From: Chiloscyllium plagiosum
Lineage: Eukaryota
Assembly (NCBI RefSeq): GCF_004010195.1
Contig: NC_057754.1
Span: forward strand, 1,650,823 to 1,714,822
Length of the DNA: 64,000 bases
Direction of reading: 5' to 3'
The stretch's first letter is position 1, and every line of letters starts with the position of its first letter. The notes beneath the pieces were generated by a model that was given only the letters and a program-made list of their open reading frames with translations, did not search any database and was not told where the DNA came from. Shown here piece after piece: positions 52,270-64,000 of this stretch. Made by a program: the position numbers and the translations under genes.

Positions 52270-53180
52270 AGTCAGGAGCAGAAAAATCAATGTTTTGGGC
52301 ATAAGCCCTTCATCTGGAATGAGGCTTGTGGGCCAAGGGGACTGAGGGATAAATGGGAAGGGGGTGGGGCTGAGGGAAAGGTAGCTGGGAATGCAATAGG
52401 TAGATGAAGGTGGAGGTGAAAATGATAGGTCGGAGAGGAGGGTGGAGCAGATAACTGGGAAGGAAGATGGGCAGGTAGGATTTTTCAAGAGGGCGGTGCC
52501 GGCTTGGAAGGTTGGGACTAGGATAAGGTGGGGGAGGGGAAATGGGGAAACTGATTAAATCCACGTTGATTCCGTTTGGTTGGAGGGTCCCAAGGCGGAA
52601 GATGAGGCGCTCTTCCTCCAGGCCTCAGGTGGTTAGGGTTTGGCGTTGGAGGAGGCCCAGGACCTACATGTCCTTGTCCCCTCCCACTCCATCAAGGACA
52701 TGCTGGTGCTGGGCGTCCTCCATTACCAAACCCTAACCACCTGACATCTGGAGGAAGAATGCCTCATCTGCCACCTTGGGACCCTCCAACCACATGGGAT
52801 CAATGTCGATTTCACCAATTTTCTTATTTCCCCTCCCCCCACCTTATCCCAGTCCCAACCTTCCAACCCAGCATTGCCCTCTTGAATGGTTCTGCCTGTC
52901 CATCTTCCTTCCCACTATCTGCTCCACCCTCCTCTCCGACCTATCACTTGCACCCCACCTTCATTTACCTATTGCATTCCCAACTACCTTTCCCCCAGCT
53001 CTACCCCATCCCATTATTTCTCAGCCTCCTTGGCCCACAAGTCTCATTCCTGATGAAGGGCTAATGCAAAAAATGACGATTCTTCTGCTCCTTGAGATGC
53101 TGCCTGACCAGCTGTGCTTTTCCAGCACCACACTCTTTGACTCTGATCTCCAGCATCTGCAGTCCTCACTTTCTCCTCTT
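52270..53180. mobile_element. Penelope-like element 3' part with inversion; GIY-YIG endonuclease C-terminus remnant plus pLTR
   Basis: Plus arm encodes VLGVLHYQTLTT*HLEEECLICHLGTLQPHGINVDF; the minus arm 52270-52670 is an inverted copy; decayed hammerhead motifs at about 52287-52320 and 53047-53081. Confidence 0.88.
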
Positions 53181-54329
53181 TGTTAAATTTGGGCAAGTTA
53201 ACTTCATTTTAATCTGCTAACTATAAACTCCTGATTTAAGTATGCAGTTTTTGGAAAGCTAAGTTGTAGGTTTTATCAGTTATGAAGTAGGTTGAGAAAT
53301 AAATACAGTCGACATGATACAATGTCACGTGAATGACTCATATCTGCAGAAAAGAGACTTCTTGTGGAGCATGACTAGGTTATTCACTGTCATGCAAAAC
53401 AAGCAGTCATGAAAATAATGACTTCTATTGCAATAAATGAACCATTATGTTTCTAATGTTTTACAGTTGCAGTCATGGGGTGATGAAAATACAGTAATGC
53501 AACAAAGAATTGTCAAAGTAATGACTGGAGAAGCAGATTCTTTAATAAGGAAGCCATAATCTTGATGGTTTACTGATGGCTGGTTTTGCTTTGTTTGCAT
53601 TGTGTATTCAGCTCAAAGTTTATTGGTTACCTCCTTCCAAATTTGAGAACTTAGTTTGATAAGTGTATTTGAACTCTATAATATTGAAGTACAGATGTAA
53701 TGGAGCTTTTTTAACAAAAAAATCATGTTGCTGGCGAAGGCACCATTTATTGCTATTCCTCATTGCCCTTGCAAAGGTGGTATTGACGTGCATTCTTGAA
53801 CGGCTGCAACATGATTGGAGTAGGTCGAACTCCAATGCTGTTTGGGAGAGAGTTTCAGGAAATTTGACTCAGTGACTCTGAAAGAGCAGTGTTGCATTTT
53901 CAAACCAAGCTTTTTTTCAAGGAGTTTGTAGACGTGATGTTCTCATCTATCTGTTACTCTGGTCCTTCAAGACGGAAGTGGTCATGGATTTGGAAGGAAA
54001 TGGTCATAGATTGGAAGGTGCTATCCAAGGAGCTGTGGTGAATTTCTGCAGAGCATCTTGTAGATAGTAGGCACTGATACTACTGAGCGTTGATAGTAGA
54101 GGAAATGGGTGTTTGTGGATGTGGTGCCAATCAATTGGGTTGATTTATTCTGAATGGCTTTTTGAGTGTTGTTGGAGCTGCACTTATCTAGGCAAGTAGG
54201 AAGTATTCCATCACACTCCTGACTTGTGATTTTAGCTGATGGACAAGCTTCAGGGAGTCAAGAGTTGAAGTTCTTGCTGCAGAATTCCCAACCTCTGACT
54301 GCTGTTGTAGCCACAATATTTATAAAGTT

Positions 54330-54730
54330 GGAGTCATACAGATATACAGCATAGAAACAGACTCTTCGGTCAAACTCGTCCATGCTGACCATATTTCCTA
54401 TATAAATCTAGTCCCATTTGTCAGCATTTGGCCCATATCCCTAAAAACCCTTCTTATTCATATACCTAGCCAGATGCTGTTTAAATGTTGTAATTGTACC
54501 AGCCTCCACCACTTCTTCTGGCAATTCATTCCATGCAGACACACATGCAGACTCTGTGTGAGAAAGTTGCCCCTTATGTCCCTTCTATATCTTTCCCCTC
54601 TCACCTAAAGCTTATACCCTCCCCCACCCCTGCAAAAAGACCTTGCCTATTTACCCTGTCCAAGCACCTCATGATTTTACAAACCTCTATACTGTCAACC
54701 CTCAACCTCTGACGTGTCAGGAAAAATAGC
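54330..54730 (-). mobile_element. HER1/CR1 3' fragment
   Basis: GAGTCATACAGATATACAGC tail, homologous to 37418-37840. Confidence 0.85.
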
Positions 54731-54756
54731 TTGATCCGATAATTCTCGTTAATATA

Positions 54757-55129
54757 CAGCAAACTTTGTTTTAACCAGTATCTAATGAACCAGCATTCTT
54801 GATAAATCAGCACTCTTGATAAACCAGCAAAAATAATATACCTGAAATGCCAGGGGTCTGCTGTATTATCGTGATCTCCACAATGTCCAAGTAGTCAACT
54901 GAGGGTATGCATGGGAAAGCTGTCTTGCATTAACTCTAATTTAAGCAAAAGTTGCAATATTATTTAAGTGATTTATGCTGTAAATAAAGTATAACAATAA
55001 TGTGTGTACCCCCGTGTTATGTTAATTTGTGTTTTTACATTGATTATGTGGACCTCTTGATCAACTGGAATATTTGATCAACCGGCACATTCCTGATTCC
55101 ATAGGCGTCGGTTAATAAAAGGTTTGCTG
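54757..55129. mobile_element. Tc1/mariner (Tigger-like) MITE
   Basis: TA|CAGCAAACTTTGTTTTAACC ... GGTTAATAAAAGGTTTGCTG imperfect TIRs; subterminal TTGAT(A/C)AACC repeats. Confidence 0.65.
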
Positions 55130-56014
55130 TTTATTGTAAACAACTGTGGCTCCAGCACTGATCCATGTGGTACTAGTTACAGGTTGCCATCCTGAAAATG
55201 CCCCATTTACTTGCTTTTCCATTTCCTCTCTGAACCTTTGATATTCCTCTTGTTTCTCAATTTAATTTTCTAGCTGACAATTGTCATAAATGCACTTTTT
55301 CTTCTTTATCTTAATCTTTATCTTAACTTCTTTAACATGCTTTGTATGCTCTGATTTTTGGGGAGCTGCACAGACCTTGGTGCTTGTTTGGGTTTCTGTG
55401 AAACCATTTCCAGTCAAAGCTAACCCATAGAATGTTGGTAATGGGGAATGTTGAATGTCAAAGGGCGATGGCTAAGTTCTCAACCGAAACTGTCTGTGGT
55501 GACAGGAACCGTTTGAACTCCTAAGTTAAAGGTCTTATGAAATGTGTTGTGATGACATTTTGTACCAACACGCTGAATTCTGCTCACTCTGACAAAATGA
55601 TATCCTAGAATAACATTTTTATTCATTCATAGGATGTGGTAGTCACTGAAGCCAGCATTTATTGTAAACTTTAATTGATTTTGAGAAGTGCTGGTGAGCC
55701 ACCTTCTTGGATAAGGTTGAGTAGTTTATTAGACCATTTAAGTCGAGAGGCTACTGCGGTGTTGCTGTAAATTTGGAGCTACATGTAAACTAGATTGGAT
55801 AAGGAGAGCAGATTTTCTTTCCTAAGCACACCACCGAACCAATGTTTAATGATAATACAAGAATTTCATGGTTACTGTTACCAATGCCGCCTTTCATTTA
55901 TGTAACTCCCCGAACTTAGAATTCTGAGCTGCCAAGATGGGATTTGCATTTCGGATTTATGGATCATTAATCCATATATCTAGATTAACAGTCCAAGAAC
56001 ATAATCACTATATC

Positions 56015-56470
56015 TGTGTAGAGTTTTGGTTTCCGTATTTAAAAAAAGGATACACTGGCATTGGAGACAGTTCAAAATAGATACACAAGGCTGATTTCCT
56101 GGATTGAATGAGTTGACTTATTAAAAATAGCTAAACAGGTTAGGCTTTTCTGAGGAGATCTGAGGAAGGGCCACTAGACCTGAAACATTAACTCTGATTT
56201 CTCTCCATAGATGCTGTAAGACCTGCTGAGTTTTTCCAGCAATTTCTGTTTTTGTTTTAGGCTTTTATTCCTTAGAGTTCAAAAGGATGAGGGGTGATCT
56301 TTTGAAACATGCAAGATTTTAAGGAGCCTTGACAAGGTGGATGCTGAGAAGATATTCCACTCGTATGAAAGAGAAGTTGCAGACTGGGAATGATCAGCCA
56401 CAATCATGTTTAATGATTGGGCAGGCTTCAGAGGTGAAATGGCCTACGTCTGCTCCCGTTTCTCATGTTT
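56015..56470 (+). mobile_element. Old CR1 3' fragment with nested PLE terminal fragment (56158-56258)
   Basis: TAGGCTTTT is repeated on both sides of the PLE fragment, and CR1 C-terminal sequence resumes after it. Confidence 0.65.
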
Positions 56471-58142
56471 TCACATTCTTATGCTCTCGTCCTGGCATAC
56501 CAATATCTGGAGAGAAATGTATATATACTAAAATAGATTAAGTAGTCCTTTGTGGCATAGTTCTGTGTATAAATTGGTTGACTCTTTTCCTAAATTACAA
56601 GAGAGAATACACTTCAAGATAATTTATTTGGCCGTACGGCACTTTTGCATCTACTGAGATAGAAAAGGCGCTATAGAAATGTAAGGTCTTTCTCATCATG
56701 CAATGATTTTTCTTCAATTTATGAAGTAACTTGAATTCTGATTTTGATACCGAAAATATATATGATAATGCATGATCTGATGGCATATCAATTCATTGTA
56801 GTAATAGGTTGTTTTGATTTTGTTGTCGTCTCAATTTGTCATCTGTTCATGATATCTCTTATTTTGTATTTTTCTTCCCAAAGCTACACTCAGTTTGATT
56901 GCCAGAGAACTTTTCTACAGAGATAATTTGTGAAAGGACGTTTTATCTTTTGCTGAATAGGAATTTTGCCCTTATAAAGTTGGCAGTCTCATGACTGGGT
57001 TGGGATATATCATTTCTCACGTGGGAAGTTGACTCATGGGCCAGATTTTCTCTTCATTCATAGTCACTTTTTGGAGGAGGCCAGACATTGCCATACCAGT
57101 AATGAGTCAAAATAATCTGTTAAATTGTCCCTCATCTGTTCCCTGCAATAAGAGTGTCGTTTCTAATGGATTTGGAACAGATCTTCTGTGTTCCCAGTCA
57201 GAGCATGGTTTATGATGAAAGGTGGTTTTAGATGAAAGGCTGAACATTTTTTAAAATGATGTTAGGCCTCACTGGGTAATGTGCTGGAAATCAAGCCCTG
57301 CTATTCCCAGAGTTGTCACAAACATGAAAGGTTTTATAAACATACGCAAAATTCCTTACTTGTCTTATAGAACAGTAAAGCATGACCCAGGTTTCTGTAC
57401 TTAACAAGAATGACTATAAAATTGTTTCTAGCTACAGGTAAATAATTTATATATCGTTGACATATAATGTCATTAGTCAAAACGCTAATTCTTTTATAGA
57501 CTCTACCTACACATACATACAGACAGACAGGAAAAGAAATATAGGTGTGGTTGGCAGCACGAAAGATTGAGAACTTCACAGTGTACACTGAGATGATCCT
57601 TTTGGCTTGTTAGTTCTTGCTGCTCCTTGATTCTTCTTCTCCAGACACTTTCTCTTGCTTGTAGAATGTACTGGTAATTGGTTGACATTTACAAAGTCTG
57701 GCTTAGTGGTTAAGAGCCACAGTTTACAGCAACTGCTGAGGAAAAAATAAACTGACTTTCTTCAGACTGGAGGTGATTAAGAGGCAGTTCCTGCCTTTGT
57801 GGAGATCCAGTAGCTTCCCTCAAACATTCATACCTCTAAGCCTGGAGGGCTTACCTTACCTTTATCTACTTGGAGGTCAATCACATAATTGTTGGCGAAC
57901 AGAAGGCTGTTATTATTGATAACTGGTCAGTAGAACTTAGATTAATCAGCCATTTGTTGCTGGACAAAGCTCATTTGTACACATTCCTTTGCTGCAGCTT
58001 GTATGCAATACAATCTTTCCCCAACCCCACCACCCCAGTTTGAACCTGAGCAAAGAGCAGTGTAATCACATTGACAAGAGTGCCAGGTTATTTTCATTTT
58101 TAAAAGTGCAGTAATCCTTCAATAACCCTTGGTTTTTAGAAT

Positions 58143-58510
58143 AATAGAATCCAGACAATGTGGAAAGAGGTCATTCAGAGTAGGACTTGGGGGTACAGTG
58201 AGAGAGGGACTCACTGAGATCTTTGTTGAGTGTGTTGCTGGAAACGCACAGCAGGTCAGGCAGCATCATTGAGTTTGTACTGACCCTCAGAAGAGCATGC
58301 CACCAAAACCCAGCCTCCTACCCAACCTGCAAATCCCTGGTCATTATGGATAAATAGCATTGCCAATCCACCTAATCTGCACATAATTGGACTGTGGGAA
58401 GAAACTGGAACACCCAGTGGAAACTCACGCAGTGAGCTGAGGGAGGAATCAAGCCGGGGTTACTTGTGTGTGATTCAGCAGTGCTAACCACTGAGCCACT
58501 GTGTCGCGCC
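58143..58510 (-). mobile_element. HE1-type SINE (diverged, with an internal insert including a PLE fragment at about 58228-58267)
   Basis: Reverse-complement head at about 58505; GCTGGAAACGCACAGCAGGTCAGGCAGCATC insert. Confidence 0.75.
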
Positions 58511-58584
58511 TAAACAGTTTTCAAACCATTTTTTTCCCATTTCAGTCCGCAGTAAAAATTACAGACAAATAAACAAGACAGGGA

Positions 58585-58925
58585 AAGCATGGTGGCTCAG
58601 TGGTTAGCACTGCTGCCTCACAGCGCTAGGGACCTGGGTACAATTCCAGCTTCAGGTGACTATCTGTGTGAAGTTTGCACATTCTCACCATGTCTGCGTG
58701 AGTATCCTCTGGGAGCTCTGGTTTCCTCCCGCAGTCCTAATATATACAGGTTAGGTCAATTGGCCATGCTAAATTGTCCACAGTGATCAGGATGTGTAAG
58801 TTAGCTGCATCAGTCAGGGGAAATGTCGAATAATAGGGTTGGGGAATGGGTCAGGGTGGGATACTTTTCAGAGGGTTGGTGTGGACCTGTTGGGCCAAAT
58901 GGCCTATTCCCACACTGTAGGGATC
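58585..58925 (+). mobile_element. HE1-type V-SINE
   Basis: GCATGGTGGCTCAGTGGTTAGCACTGCTGCCTCACAGC head and CACACTGTAGGGAT tail. Confidence 0.9.
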
Positions 58926-61900
58926 CTAGGTGGAGTAATGAACAGTTAGGAAATGAAGTCCTGGCAGTGAGTGAATTGCTAGAGGAGCATCCTTTGGGGG
59001 CCAGGAGGTGGAGTGCCAAGCGCAGGAGGGGCTGGGAGCTGAGGGCTGGGAATCAGGGGCTTCTTTGTCAAGCTGGGAGGGGAAGTCGGCAGTCTCCCAA
59101 GAGGGGGGAGCTTGAGGAGAAGTAAGGCACTGCAAGAAGGGTGGGGGAGACGGGGAGACTGCAAAGAGTTAGAGAAACAGGGGACTGCAAGATGTTGGCA
59201 GGATTTCTGTCCAGATTCTAGCTGAGGTTTCTAATTTGTTTTGATGTCAGCAGGAATAACTCAAATTGTTAAGTCCCTGGTTGAGGAGGAATGAGCTGCC
59301 TTCCATTCTTTATTCACCTGCCCCTTTGTTTGGTTGCAGCTAGATTGATTTAAAAGCAGATTCCTTCACTTGTGGATACCTTTTTCCGAGACCCAAATGA
59401 GCTTAAATTTTAAAAACAGCCAATTCAGCTAGGCTTTCTTGATATACCAAAGAGTCCGTTTATTAATTGCTAATCATAAGATTTATGATACAACAGACAT
59501 ACATACAGAATGGAAATAAGAAATAAGCTACACAGGGATGATTTGGGAATAATTGTTGACTGTGAACTTCACAGCAGAGGACAGTATAGATGGTTATCTT
59601 AGCCTGCTGGAACATGAGAATGTTCAGTTCCAATAGCACACTTCAGTAGAGTTGAAATTGGCTTTTTAATACCTGCCCTTATGTATTTTTCAAAGCGAGA
59701 AACACAAAATATTTCTGTATTTTGGGACATACTCTGCACGAGATACCTTGCTGTCGCAGAGGGATGTAATCAGACACTTGTTACCTTTGTCATCACAAGA
59801 GATCACAGTTCAGTTTGTTTGACATAAATCTCCCCCCTTTAAGGCTTGTTGTTTGAAGTTTCCTTAGCATCTTTAGGTCTGACATTCATGGGTCATTCTC
59901 TCCTGACAGCTACTTAATTAACCTCTGCAGCCACTTTTGGCTGCATCGATCCTCATTTAAAAAACACATTTTGAAATTACAAATTAAAAATGATCATAGT
60001 TTTTCAGGATATAATCATGATACAGAAGAGAGAGGGAGCTGCATGGTAGAGGGAGAGAGTAGGAGGCTGAAAGGGATTTGTGAGAGAGAGCAGCCACAAC
60101 CAGTGGGGGAGAAAGAATGAGACTGCAAGGGTGAGGAGAACAAGAGAGAGAGAGAGAGAAAACGGCAGAAGGTGAAAAGGAGGCTTCAAAGAAGAGAGAA
60201 CAGTTTAAAGCCTGTGAACAAATAAACATTGAGCTAACTATTATTTAGTAAAACCTGATATCACTGAGGCAATGAAATACTTGTAAATAAATGTGGAATC
60301 TCCATCTTAAGGCTGCAAACGTTCAGAAGCTACTCAATGGGAATAACATAGTGGGCATTATTGTTATCAATGCTGTTTGTCATAGGTTAAATTTAAATCT
60401 TTGATATCTGAGATTTGGCAAAAAGGGTAGTAACTACTTGGTTAAAAAATTCCAGCTCTGTGAATATGTGATGAGCTATGACATTAGCCATGACCGCACC
60501 AATCTGATCGGTGTATTTAAGGTGGTGGTTATTTTGAAAAAAGCTTCTTGTTCCTAACTTACACTTATTGTCCGTGCCAGTTTAAATACTGTGATAGCCT
60601 GAAACTTAATGCTTTCCTTGTATGTTTTGGCTTCATGTTTAATGGATGTTTTATAATTATTGAGGCTATTGATGAGTTCTGCTAATTCTGCATCTGTGTG
60701 CGTCCAAATACCTGACACCAACACAAATCGAGAAAATAATGTTACTATGGACAAGATGTTTCTCTCTCTGACGCAATAGGTGAAAAATATGAAGAGAATG
60801 AAAAAATCAGAATTTTGATGTTAAAAAACTTTGGTGGTTTTCCCTCCAACCCTTAAAAAGTGATTTCATAATCTCATAATTCAGCATGCTACTTCCATTG
60901 CATTTGCATTTTATTCAAGCTGCACCTCACCTTATTTGTAAACCACTTCCAGTGCTCCTGTTTTTTTCCTGAGGAACGAAATGGTGCAAATTCCCAGCAT
61001 GTAAATCAAAGTGGGTACCTCGCAGCTGTAGCTTGCGGAATGCCTATCTCAGCCATCATGTAAATGCTCATAACATTGTTCTTGCATGCTCCATGACCAT
61101 CATTCTACTCAACCCTTCAATCAGCCTCACCACACCATCATGCCTGTTCTTAGACCAATATGGAACCACTTCAACCCTTTGACACTCAACTTTGGGTCTC
61201 AGGGACAACTAGGATTTGCAAGCTTCTGCCAGGCTGCACAGTGTGCAGGAACACACACTTACTTCATGCACCTATATAGGATCCGTCTCCTATATAGCTT
61301 GTTTCTTTCATGCTCACTCACTCTGTACTTACTTGGTGGCCACGACTCTGTTAAACTTCACATTGCTTTCTTCGCATGCACTCATAGCTTCAGTCCTGAC
61401 TTACAGCTGACCGCCTCTGTATGGCTTAAATTACTTTCTTAGCATACAGGATATTTAGTGCTCAGTTACATGTTGCAGGTTCTCTGGCTTGCATTGCATC
61501 TTAGCACAGATGGAAGGATCATTAGTAGTGGAAGGATAAGATGGGTGAGAGCTGTTGAGTGGACATGATGCATGGAAGACTGAAAGTTGAAACTTTGAGC
61601 CATACCCTCCTGGAATGACATTAGTAAACACTTCTGCACATGAATGGTTGAAGGATTTTGGAACAACGTTTGCAAATGGCTAGATTAATTCATTTTATGT
61701 GGAATTGATAGCAATTAGAGCACATGTGGCAAAGACAGATGTAAGGAGTTAGATTGCTTATCAACCGCGATCTATTGAATATCAGAACAGTGTCAAGGCG
61801 CTATGGCCCTAGTCTTTAAGAACATATTCCCCCAAATAAGTGATAGTTCACAAATGAATCCAGGCTCATATTTTTAATATGACTAAGCAGTTTAATTAAA

Positions 61901-62497
61901 ACACATTTAATAGCCTGAGGAATACAGGGGTATATGACTAAGCAATTATTAAGTTGAGTCTGCACTGCCAGGATTCCGGTCGATATTAGTCACCTAGCAG
62001 TATGCTACACTCTGGTTTTTGATTGTCAGAATTAAACTGGCAGTATGCTGCCAGTATATCCTGCTGCTGTTTTAGAGGGAAACAAATTGTAAGTGCAAGT
62101 GGACAATTGGAAAGGACTTAAAAACAAATGTTTCCAAGCCCTGATTGCTTCATTCATTCCTGAAGCTAATCTGAAGTATATTATCTTTAAGGAACAGTAA
62201 TGATTGTTAAAAATTGGGATGATGAATGTCACAATATAGTTGTCAGTTTTCTTTTATCTTTATACAAAGAATGTTTCCCTTTTGAGCTTTTGCTTTTTAC
62301 TGTAGGGGGATAGGGAAATTAAAGTTTTCCCTATCTCACTGGATATCTTCCTTAGAACACCTCACTTACAGAAATCATAAGGATGGGTGGAGTGACAAAC
62401 AGGACTGTCAAACTGTTTCTGCAATCATGGTTCAGAATTTGTGATTAAGCAGTCTTATTATATATCACTCTCAACATTTTGCATTTATAGCGACTGA

Positions 62498-62900
62498 GGG
62501 AAAGTGAGGACTGCAGATGCTGGAGAATCAGAGTTGAAAAGTGTGGCGCTGGAAAAGCACAGCAGGTCAGGCAGCATCCGAGGAGCAGGAGAGTTAACAT
62601 TTTGGGCATAAGCCCTTCATCAGGCTTGACCCCTTCCCCACATCGCCCTCTTGAACCCTACCTGTCCATCTTCCTTCCCACATATCTGCTCTACCATTCT
62701 TCTGACCTATCACTATCATCCCCATCTGCAGCTACCTATCACCTTGCCAGCTACCTTGCCCCCCACCTCCACCCCGACCCTCCTACTTACCCCTCAGCCC
62801 CCTTCCCCCTGTCCCCCACATTCCAGATGAAGAGATAATGCCCAAAATGTTGACTCTCTTGCTCCTCGGATGCTGCCTGACCTACTGTGCCTTTTCAGTG
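62498..62900. mobile_element. PLE pLTR-derived insertion with inverted arms
   Basis: GGGAAAGTGAGGACTGCAGATGCTGG..CCCTTCATCAGG (-), then a C-rich pLTR and CAGATGAAG..GGATGCTGCCTGACC (+). Confidence 0.85.
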
Positions 62901-64000
62901 CCTTACTTTTTGACTTCAATTTTGCATTCGTAAAGCACTTTTATGAAGATTGTCCCAAGATGCATAGCAAATAGCCAAAATATTGAGCCAGAGGCGGAGA
63001 TATTAGGAATGTTAACTAAACTCTTGGTTAGAGGTGTGTTAAAAGGGAGTGCAAGGACATGAGGTATGGAAGTGCAAGGGTGGGCAAAATCCTGTTGAAA
63101 AAGCTTCCATGAGTTGGCTGCAGTGCATCTTATTGGTGACACACCAGTCCACAGAATATGAGTATGGCAAGGAAAGCTAACATTTATAGCCCATTCCTTG
63201 CGAAGATGATAGTCAGCTACTTTCTTGAACCTCTGTCATTCATGAGATAGAATTGCACCCTGTGTGCAATGAGCTGGTGAGTTCCCTTTGATGGTGCCTT
63301 CCAAACCTACATCCTCTACCACTGAGACAAGGGCAGAAGATGCATGGAAACACAATCCCCCTGCAAAACCTTCTCCGAGCCACACACTATCCTGATTTAG
63401 AAATATATTACTGTTCTTTTGCTGCCAACAGGTCAAAATTCTGAAACTCCCTCCCAAACTGTGGATGTATATACATCCAAAGGATCGCAGTGATTCAGGA
63501 AGCAGCTCACGACCACTTTCTCCAGGTTAATTAGGGATGGGCAATTAATACTGGTCAAGCCAGTGATGTCACACCTCTCTTGAATGAATAACAAATTGAA
63601 TAGACTTTTCTGCATGGTTTGGTACAATTGTGTGCCTCACTTAGCCATTTCAGAGGGCAATTAAGAATCAAATTCATTGCTTGGCCAGACTAAATAAGGG
63701 TGGCAGATTTTGACCCCTAAAGGACATTAGTGAATCAGGTTTTTTTAAAATGACAACTCGGTGTTCCAAGTTATCGTTACTGATGCTAACTTTTCATTCT
63801 AGATTTATTTATTTAACGACTGAATTTGAGTGCCACAGTTGCTGTTGTGGGATTTTGTGAGACCTGCTCTTTCAGCCAGATATCTGGACTGCTAGTTCAG
63901 TAAAAAAACAAATACGCTATCATAATTATGATGGAATCATTTACAATTCCAGCTAGCAAGAGAACCAGGAAGGAAAGTTAGGTGGGGAGCAATTCACTGG

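Noticed and set aside
60020..60200. GA-rich tract with S/L/P-rich antisense ORFs
   Set aside because: Low-complexity sequence with no coding evidence.

Overview
Repeat-rich, AT-rich eukaryotic DNA, almost certainly from a cartilaginous fish (shark; inferred from the HE1-type V-SINEs, HER1/CR1 LINEs and SacSINE1-like DeuSINEs). It looks intronic or intergenic. I could not recognise any host protein-coding gene or RNA gene, and nearly all ORFs in the track are decayed transposon sequence or chance ORFs. Content: about 12 HE1-type SINEs, many CR1/HER1 LINE fragments, L2 fragments, DeuSINE and other tRNA-SINE copies, a fossil PIF/Harbinger transposase, two probable solo LTRs, a Tc1/mariner-type MITE, a 33/34-bp minisatellite grown out of a SINE, and a 281-bp assembly gap. 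The most interesting signal is a family of short, young Penelope-like (PLE) insertions with 15-bp target-site duplications. They form perfect fold-backs and carry minimal hammerhead ribozyme motifs, intact on both strands at 19361-19455. Other highlights are an inverted 550-bp composite duplication that looks like a SINE-mediated 5' transduction, and a CR1-type LINE with a tRNA-like SINE head and no ORF1. Family names come from recalled consensus resemblance, not database searches, and the boundaries of old elements are approximate.
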